Assembly (NCBI GenBank): GCA_030523645.1
Contig: JAUNIB010000005.1
Span: 114,860 to 138,859, forward strand
Direction: 5' to 3'
DNA length: 24,000 nucleotides
From: Selenomonadaceae bacterium
GTDB taxonomy: Bacteria; Bacillota; Negativicutes; Selenomonadales; Selenomonadaceae
Shown here: in pieces, positions 7,487 to 13,488 of the stretch
Position numbering within the stretch: the first letter of the stretch is position 1
Layout of the letters: every line of letters starts with the position of its first letter
Translations under genes and position numbers: made by a program
Notes under the pieces: generated by a model
What the model was told of the DNA's origin: nothing
The model's input: the letters and a program-made list of their open reading frames with translations, nothing else
The model's database searches: none

Positions 7487-7648
7487 ATGGAAGAAATGAA
7501 TGTGGCTAGGGTGAAAGGTGGAGAAAACAATGTGGTTACCATTAGTGAGGTAAACATTAGACTGCTGCGTGAGTATAGAAACAGCGGAGATGTTTTTGGA
7601 TTCAAGCCGCTTCCCGCAGCATATAGTGATTGTAGGAGTATATTTTAA
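7487..7648 (+). CDS. Possible 53-aa ORF upstream of HEPN-like gene A (weak AbrB/MazE-like pattern)
   Basis: My own translation (below the ORF-track cutoff): MEEMNVARVKGGENNVVTISEVNIRLLREYRNSGDVFGFKPLPAAYSDCRSIF. The VVTISxxxIRLLxxxxxxGDVF pattern resembles the swapped-hairpin G-x-VTIPxxIRxxLxxxxGD signature. The RBS is weak. Confidence 0.25.
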   Translation: MEEMNVARVKGGENNVVTISEVNIRLLREYRNSGDVFGFKPLPAAYSDCRSIF

Positions 7649-7694
7649 TGTTTTAGAAGCGTATTCTGCGACATTGTCTTATTAGGGGGCTAGT

Positions 7695-8609
7695 ATGAAA
7701 ATTGAAGATTTAAGAGGGAATGAGCTTGGTAATATTGGTTTTGTAATAAAAAAGTCTAATTATAAGGGGGTAGTTTGGTTTCAGCACCATGAGATTGTAA
7801 ATGAGTTGATGATAGATGTTCTGAAATATTTGACAGCACTTGAGAATCCTCCAAATAACATGATATTCTCAAACAATATAGAATGCCTAAAATTGGTTTC
7901 TATAACATTCATATGTCTTGAATGCTATGTTAACGATGTTTTCAAATTGATTTGTAACAACGATAAAAATGCCTTTATGAGATACAGAGGAAAATCCTTG
8001 GATGCAAGGTTGAAGTTAATTATAAAAACTGCTAGATACTCCAATGTAGAACAAAATGAATTCTATAAATGTGGTTGTTTCCAATGCTTGCGTGAGTTCG
8101 AGGAATATAGAAATATAGTTTTTCATGGTGGATTTTATGAAGAAAAGACTTTCCGAAAAACTTTGTTTTCTGAAAATCCTTTAAACTGTAATGTTGTTGA
8201 TGTTCTACAGGCATTGAAAATATTGGTAGATATTTTTACTTGTTTTCGGTTCATTGTAGTAGATAAGGATATAATGCCGCAATCAGTTATTAATTATGGA
8301 GGAAAAATGTATTTTGAGAAAGTAGACATCACTTATGCTAGAGTCATAGTGCCGATGTTTGGGCATATTTTGAAGAAGCATGCGGTTGAGAGTGACCTGG
8401 AGCCATCATTATCTGATTTCTCTTTCAAATCAACTACGTTACTCCAACCCAAGGATGTTTTGTTCTGTGTACAATGCAAACAGCAAGGATCTCAACTAGA
8501 GCCTTCATGGGAAAGGTCGAATTATATGTCTGAACTTATGAACAAGCTTACAGAAAATGTAATAATTGATAAAGAACATTTTAGAATTCCAAACTATAAT
8601 AAGATGTAA
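7695..8609 (+). CDS. Uncharacterised 304-aa protein with an R-x4-H (HEPN-like) motif, paralogue A
   Basis: RBS AGGGGG at 7684-7689. Blocks shared with 11123..12025 include LENPxN, ExxVNDV(F/Y), REFE(E/Q)(Y/F)RNI(V/M)FHG, FSExP(L/I)NCNxxDVLQAxKI, CFRFIxxxKDIMP, YFEKxDIxY and (I/L)PNYN at the C-terminus. Confidence 0.8.
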   Translation: MKIEDLRGNELGNIGFVIKKSNYKGVVWFQHHEIVNELMIDVLKYLTALENPPNNMIFSNNIECLKLVSITFICLECYVNDVFKLICNNDKNAFMRYRGKSLDARLKLIIKTARYSNVEQNEFYKCGCFQCLREFEEYRNIVFHGGFYEEKTFRKTLFSENPLNCNVVDVLQALKILVDIFTCFRFIVVDKDIMPQSVINYGGKMYFEKVDITYARVIVPMFGHILKKHAVESDLEPSLSDFSFKSTTLLQPKDVLFCVQCKQQGSQLEPSWERSNYMSELMNKLTENVIIDKEHFRIPNYNKM

Positions 8610-8678
8610 TAATTGAGTAGTTGATATTTCCACTATTAAACGGTTATAGGCGTTTTGGGAGAGGAGCCATGTCAGAAA

Positions 8679-9197
8679 ATGGAGGATATAGATTTTTGCC
8701 AGCAAATCAAGATTCAGCGTCATCGCGAGTTATCTGAAAAATTTACGCAATACTTATACAGAGAATTTCCGAGCTATAATAGCTATGGGGCAAGCGGCAA
8801 TAAAGGCGGCCTTATTAACTAACGCTGGTGCAGCGGTGGCCTGCCTCACATTAATGTCGAATGTTATAAAAGAAATGAATGCAAATAAATTAGCGTGTAA
8901 TTTGTTTAATACTGAAATCGTGAATGCCATGACTTGTTGGGGGATAGGGGTGTTTTGTTCTTGTGCGGCATATGTTTTTCATATCTAACACAAGAAAGGG
9001 TATCAATTGAGTTTCAGGCACAGTTGATTTTGTTGGATGAAGCGTTTTGGAAAGATAAGGAATATAGTATGCATTTTTCTATGATTCCTCGAATTTATCA
9101 GTGGGTTGCAATTATAATGGTTGTTTTAGCGTATGCTTTACTATTGTTTGGAACAGTGAAATGCAGAAGTGCATTATTGGTGTTGCTGAATGGTTAA
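8679..9197 (+). pseudogene. Probable multi-pass membrane protein gene broken by two compensating frameshifts (pieces 8679-8822, 8785-8988, 8934-9197)
   Basis: Three overlapping ORF pieces lie in frames 3, 1 and 3. Joined, they give a ~170-aa protein with hydrophobic segments AAIKAALLTNAGAAVACLTLM, CWGIGVFCSCAAYVF and WVAIIMVVLAYALLLFG. The frame switches coincide with homopolymers: GGGG at 8787-8790 and TTTTT at 8975-8979. Confidence 0.4.
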
Positions 9198-9319
9198 ATA
9201 TAATCCTGCTACCATAAATTTTAAGAAAATATTTAGGATGGTACCTTATTTATGAATTAAATGTATGGGGTTGGCAAACATGTGCCATAATACTAATAGA
9301 AGGTGTTTATGTTGCAAAT

Positions 9320-9580
9320 ATGAGTGTTGCCAGCCTGGCCAGACATAACGAATTGATTGTGGAAGGAGTGAAGAGTGTCATGGGTGGAAAGATTCTTAAT
9401 TATGAGGCAAAGGATATTTTGAACAGAGGCCGTCAGGAAGGTCGTCAGGAGGGACGTCAGGAAGGCCGCATTTCGTTGCTTTATTCATTGGTTAAGGATG
9501 GCGTTCTTTCACTGGCAGATGCAGCAAAGCGTGCAGGTATCTCTGAACAGGAATTCAGCAATGGTATTATGCTTCCATAA
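9320..9580 (+). CDS. Small protein with a (GRQE)x3 repeat, resembling the C-terminal tail of Rpn/YhgA-type putative transposases. The true start may be ATG 9380
   Basis: NRGRQEGRQEGRQEGRISLLYSLVKDGVLSLADAAKRAGISEQEF. The EGRxEG repeats followed by a helical G(L/I)SxxE(F/I) segment are typical of the C-termini of that family as I recall. It may be a gene fragment. Confidence 0.45.
   Translation: MSVASLARHNELIVEGVKSVMGGKILNYEAKDILNRGRQEGRQEGRQEGRISLLYSLVKDGVLSLADAAKRAGISEQEFSNGIMLP
9428..9469 (+). repeat. 12-bp coding tandem repeat (ggN cgt cag gaR) x3.5
   Basis: ggccgtcaggaa ggtcgtcaggag ggacgtcaggaa ggccgc. The differences are synonymous third-position changes. Confidence 0.85.
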
Positions 9581-9689
9581 ACATATTAAAAACATCATAA
9601 ATAGTAAATAATTTAGATGCTCTACCGATCCGAAGTCCTGCGTCCACGTGGGGTGCTTTGTAGAAGATGTGGGTCATTATCTCCCATAC

Positions 9690-10328
9690 TTAATACCACA
9701 GTTTAGCTTTTAACTCATCAGGAAATTCATGATATAGTTCGTCGAATAAGCCTTTTTTTACCTCAGACACAGTTTCGTTATACTTGTCTTGGCCAATATG
9801 TCTACGACAGATAAAGAGTACGCGATAAGGTTTGCTGGAATATTCATTAATACTTCGAGGTATTAATGTCACGGGATGACAAATGTTTCCGAATAAGGAA
9901 AATCCTAGAGTTGCAGTGTTACCGTAAGCATATTGGAAATCAACATATTGACTCATCAAATCCTTGTGCCCCAGTTTCATGTAACCAGCTGCCGATATAT
10001 CGAATATGTTAGGAGCGCAAGAACACTTTTCGTTGATGGTTTTGCGGCTATGGTTTCTAGAGGGATTGCAGTCCGAGAGGGTTATCATTTTTGCCGCATT
10101 AGGAAGACAATAATCGTAAAATTTCTTGGGAGCGAGAGTTCTACTTTTTATTCCTAAAAGATGCATAAAATTTTCAGGGTCAAATCGACATTCAAACCAG
10201 AGATAAGGTGATGTCCTGTTCTTTCCAATTATCAGGAAATCATATCCTATTAGCTTTGAGTACGCTTCCGCAGAGGCTTTTATCTGATTGATAAGAGCGT
10301 CATTTGTAAAATTTGAGGTACTTATCAT
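9690..10328 (-). CDS. Putative PBECR4-like (Barnase/EndoU/ColicinE5-D/RelE-like) nuclease, 212 aa
   Basis: YLWFECRFDPENFMHLLGIKSRTLAPKKFYDYCL fits the F-x4-(N)F-x-HL-x-G(I/L)...FY-x-x-CL signature I associate with PBECR4 domain proteins. The GGAG RBS (10341-10344) sits immediately after the U-run of the upstream terminator. Confidence 0.6.
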   Translation of the reverse strand: MISTSNFTNDALINQIKASAEAYSKLIGYDFLIIGKNRTSPYLWFECRFDPENFMHLLGIKSRTLAPKKFYDYCLPNAAKMITLSDCNPSRNHSRKTINEKCSCAPNIFDISAAGYMKLGHKDLMSQYVDFQYAYGNTATLGFSLFGNICHPVTLIPRSINEYSSKPYRVLFICRRHIGQDKYNETVSEVKKGLFDELYHEFPDELKAKLWY

Positions 10329-10344
10329 TGCTTATATATTCTCC

Positions 10345-10578
10345 AAAAAAAAGGGCACGCTAAGATAAGCGTGCCCCATATTTTCAAATACCGGTTTATT
10401 TAGGTGCGTGCCACCCAATGAGAGGCCTCCCACCTCTCTGGCGAACTAGCTGTCCGCTAAAGCATACGCAACGGTTTTACGTCTCCGGTCCGACGACGAT
10501 AAGCTCCTTATATCGTGTGTCCACATTAGTGGGAGGAAACCTCGGCACATACATACTAGCATACGGAATGCTGCAGTG
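10345..10578 (-). ncRNA. Conserved structured non-coding element, copy 1; it ends in an intrinsic terminator (10345-10376) and its class is unrecognised
   Basis: It aligns along its length to 12061-12292 with no ORF conserved between the copies. The minus-strand terminator is GGGCACGC-UUAUCUUA-GCGUGCCC-U8. The internal hairpin at 10420-10438 covaries with copy 2. Confidence 0.55.
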
Positions 10579-10637
10579 TCAATCGTATTTTATGGTTTGT
10601 TCTATCGGGGATTTGACACATTGTAAATGTGTGACCG

Positions 10638-11078
10638 TTATACGGATGATGAATTTCTCTTTATGAATTCGTCTAGAGAATAAGCACTTAATGGTTGCCA
10701 GCTGTTTGTGATTATTTCTTTATCTCCCTTCCAATTGTATTGGTTGTATGCTTTAGCTATAACGATTAGTAATCTATCAAAAAATTGCATAGATGAAGAT
10801 AGCTTTTGATTTACAATGGCGAGTACAGAAGTCAACTTTTCACGATTAGAGCAGCCTTTTTCTAATTCACTAAGCTGAATTTCAATAGTTGCAATTTTAA
10901 TATATCCAAATTCGAGTAATAGATTGCCTAGTGCTTTTGATTCTTTATCCAGAAACTCTTTATGTAAGGCAGAAATTTTTTCGCCAGTGGTGAATTCTAA
11001 CAGCCATGGAGCATAGTTAATGTGTACCATTTGATGATATGAGGTTGTAACTTTATTGCCAGAAGAAAATTTACACAA
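10638..11078 (-). CDS. Hypothetical protein (146 aa from TTG 11078; about 130 aa if ATG 11030 is used)
   Basis: AT-rich ORF divergent from HEPN-like gene B. It lies upstream of, and on the same strand as, RNA element copy 1 and the PBECR4-like gene. The sequence looks helical. There is a faint resemblance (YIKIATIEIQLSELEK versus YLQIQITALEIQTK) to the C-terminal half of 6516..7145. Confidence 0.55.
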   Translation of the reverse strand: MCKFSSGNKVTTSYHQMVHINYAPWLLEFTTGEKISALHKEFLDKESKALGNLLLEFGYIKIATIEIQLSELEKGCSNREKLTSVLAIVNQKLSSSMQFFDRLLIVIAKAYNQYNWKGDKEIITNSWQPLSAYSLDEFIKRNSSSV

Positions 11079-11122
11079 TTATGGGATATAATATTATCGA
11101 CATGAAGGGTGAGGCGAGAAAA

Positions 11123-12025
11123 ATGAATCTCGATAATGTTCGAAGAGATGAGACCGGAAACGGTGCATACTGGATAAACCAGAAGTTGTATTTGTTTCAG
11201 CATACAAAAATTTTCTGTAGTGCATTGCCAGAGTTGATGCGTTTCCTGAGAGAATTAGAAAACCCTGTTAATGATATCTGTTTCCATAACAATGATAAAA
11301 GCTTTGAACTAGTGGCGATGATTTTCATGGGAATAGAGGCGTTTGTAAATGATGTTTATAGAATGAGCCAAATTGCATCTATCGGATTCTTTAAAGATAA
11401 AAAAAGAGAATCGTTACATGAAAGGATTTGGATGATTCTTAAGATAATAGGTGCAGAGAGTAGTATTGAAAAGGCGGAATTGAATAAGACGGGTATAATG
11501 AACGCAATCCGTGAGTTTGAGCAATTTAGGAATATAATGTTTCATGGTAAATATGACAAGCCTGTGATGTTTAAATACACTATGTTTTCTGAGAAACCAA
11601 TTAATTGTAATATTATAGATGTGTTACAGGCTATGAAAATAGCAGTTCAACTGATGGAATGTTTCAGGTTTATTTTTGCGGGAAAAGATATCATGCCTCA
11701 TGTGTTTCTGATGGTCAATGAAAAAGCGTATTTTGAAAAAATGGACATTATCTACAGATGTTTTATAGTACCTTACTTTAAGATGATTATGGAAAAACAT
11801 GGTTTAGAGACAATGTTGGTCCTAGAATATACACCATTTTATTTGACTGGTCCCAGAATAAAGCATCATGGGGGGACTTTCGTGATTGATGATGGCACTA
11901 GGCATGAAAGAATTAGTTTTTCTAGGGAAAAAACAGACTTATTTAATCATATACTGTGTAGGCTAGCGGATAATGTGAATGTTAAACCGGATTCCATTAA
12001 ACTGCCGAATTACAATAGGAGTTAA
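11123..12025 (+). CDS. Uncharacterised 300-aa protein with an R-x4-H (HEPN-like) motif, paralogue B
   Basis: I chose ATG 11123 because MNLDNVRRDETGN aligns with MKIEDLRGNELGN of paralogue A and GGGTGAGG lies 8 nt upstream. TATAAT at 11087-11092 falls inside the longer ORF-track version. The motif is REFEQFRNIMFHG. Confidence 0.8.
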   Translation: MNLDNVRRDETGNGAYWINQKLYLFQHTKIFCSALPELMRFLRELENPVNDICFHNNDKSFELVAMIFMGIEAFVNDVYRMSQIASIGFFKDKKRESLHERIWMILKIIGAESSIEKAELNKTGIMNAIREFEQFRNIMFHGKYDKPVMFKYTMFSEKPINCNIIDVLQAMKIAVQLMECFRFIFAGKDIMPHVFLMVNEKAYFEKMDIIYRCFIVPYFKMIMEKHGLETMLVLEYTPFYLTGPRIKHHGGTFVIDDGTRHERISFSREKTDLFNHILCRLADNVNVKPDSIKLPNYNRS

Positions 12026-12060
12026 GAAGCTATTGTGCAAAACATGATTATTTTCCAACG

Positions 12061-12292
12061 AAAAAAGGGGCACGCCATTATCAACGTGCCCAGATATTTT
12101 CAAATACCGGTTTATTTAGGTGCGTGCCACCAAATTAGAGACTTTCAACCCCTATGGCGAACTAGCTGTTAGCTAAAGCATACGCAACGGTTTTACGTTT
12201 CCGGTCCGACGACGATAAGCGCTTTATATCGTGTGACCACAAAGTGGGAGGAAACTCCTCACATATGTACTGGCATATTGAATATTGCAGTG
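12061..12292 (-). ncRNA. Conserved structured non-coding element, copy 2, with terminator at 12061-12091
   Basis: The minus-strand terminator is GGGCACG-UUGAUAAUGG-CGUGCCC(C)-U6. The invariant blocks are identical to copy 1, for example atattttcaaataccggtttatttaggtgcgtgccacc. The hairpin at 12136-12154 keeps its pairing with a different sequence. Confidence 0.55.
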
Positions 12293-12439
12293 CCCTTTTT
12301 ATTTTGCGTATTGTTGTGATGAGGAACCACTAGTCTATGATTAGCCAACTAGCTAATCTTTTAAATGTAATTGATTGCTGTCTAAAATTTACCTAATATA
12401 TGAACTGCTTGGCTGTTATATAGTCTTTGTCTTGCGGCC

Positions 12440-12784
12440 CTATTCGTCAAAATCCTCAGCCAATTCCACCGAGGTGGGCAGCTCCGGCTGCAGGTCGTGA
12501 CAGTAATCGAGAAAAGCCTGACGGTCGAAGCTGTCAAGGGAAGTGACCGCGTCCTCCAGATAGAGGATAATCTGCTGCACAGCATCCCAGTCCCCATCGA
12601 ACCAGATCAGCAGAATTTGGCGCATACTGTTCCAGACTACATCATGCAGCTCGGCAATCTGAGGAGATACGAGGATGTTGCCCTTGTCCGGCTGCGGCTC
12701 GAAGACCACATAGCGAAGATAATTCTCGGCGGCATCTGTCAGCGCCCTGTCAATAATGTCTGTAATTTCCGGCTGGGTTTCCAT
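12440..12784 (-). CDS. Hypothetical acidic protein (114 aa from METQPEITD)
   Basis: RBS AAAGGAG lies 6 nt before ATG 12784. GC content is host-like. The overlapping plus-strand ORF 12497..12844 is treated as a shadow. Confidence 0.55.
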   Translation of the reverse strand: METQPEITDIIDRALTDAAENYLRYVVFEPQPDKGNILVSPQIAELHDVVWNSMRQILLIWFDGDWDAVQQIILYLEDAVTSLDSFDRQAFLDYCHDLQPELPTSVELAEDFDE

Positions 12785-12905
12785 GAGAAGCTCCTTTCTG
12801 CAGCGAAATCTGCAATATATTATGAGGCAAGTATCAGTTCTTGACAATAGCGGCAGAAAATTTATAAGATAACATCATCAGAGAATTTTCAAGGAGGCAT
12901 CGGTC

Positions 12906-13433
12906 ATGAAATATCTTTCCCGTATATTCCTTTTACTCACGGCATTTCTCATTCTTTCCGCAGAGCCTGCTCTGGCACACAATCTGCCGGACAGCGAGAT
13001 GCGGATGGAGCCTTTTTCCTATGGGGTGCCGATTTCCAAGATTACGGCGCTTTTTGGTGATGCTTATCGGCGGGAGGAGATTCCCTTCGGGGAGGCAGCA
13101 CTGCTTGTGTGGCGTCATTACGAGGGCTTTTCAGTGCAGTATTTCAGCAGCGGCTCCGTAAAGGCGGAAGAGGATGCAGGACTTCGCACCGTGCGGATTA
13201 CTTCCGGAAACCTGGCTACACGCAGCGGCTTTATCACGATGCCCTGCGGCATTGCCGTAGGCGATGATTATAAGAAAGTGATAGAACGGTTTGGCGTAGG
13301 GCAGCGGGTAAGAGATCCCGGAATGGATGATGTGTACTGCTACGAATCATCCGAATATCCCGGCCGGGTGATGAGCTTCAGTGTAAACAAGCAAGGGAAG
13401 ATTACAGCCATCAGCCTTGAGTCTGAGCTGTAA
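12906..13433 (+). CDS. Secreted hypothetical protein with a signal peptide
   Basis: MKYLSRIFLLLTAFLILSAEPALA-HN is a typical Sec signal with an AxA cleavage site. RBS AAGGAGG lies upstream. Confidence 0.7.
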   Translation: MKYLSRIFLLLTAFLILSAEPALAHNLPDSEMRMEPFSYGVPISKITALFGDAYRREEIPFGEAALLVWRHYEGFSVQYFSSGSVKAEEDAGLRTVRITSGNLATRSGFITMPCGIAVGDDYKKVIERFGVGQRVRDPGMDDVYCYESSEYPGRVMSFSVNKQGKITAISLESEL

Positions 13434-13438
13434 GAAAA

Positions 13439-13488
13439 AGCAGATAACCTTTCCGGAGTGCCGGTTTGGTTATCTGCTCTTTTTATTT
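13439..13488 (+). terminator. Bidirectional terminator between convergent genes
   Basis: agcagataacc (13439-13449) pairs with ggttatctgct (13468-13478). It is followed by ctttttattt and preceded by gaaaaa. Confidence 0.7.

Noticed and set aside
7160-7605. Two minus-strand ORFs (74 and 76 aa) in the gap before HEPN-like A
   Set aside because: They have no RBS, odd composition and no recognisable domain, and they overlap each other. These are probably chance ORFs in AT-rich DNA.
10403-10419. The minus-strand string AUUGGGUGGCACGCACC resembles the T-box consensus (GGGUGGNACCGCG), and CCGUUG resembles an F-box. This suggested a T-box riboswitch.
   Set aside because: I could not build a canonical antiterminator (helix, 7-nt bulge, helix) or a Stem I with a specifier loop. 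The string matches the terminator's 5' arm rather than being complementary to it. Copy 2 has GGUGG, not GGGUGG. The downstream gene is not an amino-acid or tRNA-related gene. I treat the match as coincidence until cmscan says otherwise.
10418-10666. An 82-aa plus-strand ORF inside RNA element copy 1
   Set aside because: The homologous region of copy 2 contains in-frame stops, and there is no RBS. The conservation pattern (stems kept, loops free) is RNA-like, not codon-like.
11081-11122. A longer start (ATG 11081) for HEPN-like B, abutting the divergent gene's start
   Set aside because: It would place the TATAAT at 11087-11092 inside the gene. Alignment with paralogue A and the RBS both support ATG 11123.
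7695-12292. HEPN motif plus adjacent non-coding RNA suggested a miniature Cas13-like or retron-like system
   Set aside because: The proteins are about 300 aa with a single R-x4-H motif. There is no repeat-spacer array, no reverse transcriptase, and no a1/a2 inverted repeats typical of retron msr-msd.
12288-12306. The string gcagtgccctttttat near the right end resembles ggcagtgcctttttaat at 1031-1047, suggesting att-like direct repeats bounding the island
   Set aside because: The left copy is simply one arm of a terminator hairpin and the right copy is the edge of RNA element copy 2. The match is short and T-rich, and no integrase is present. The evidence is insufficient.
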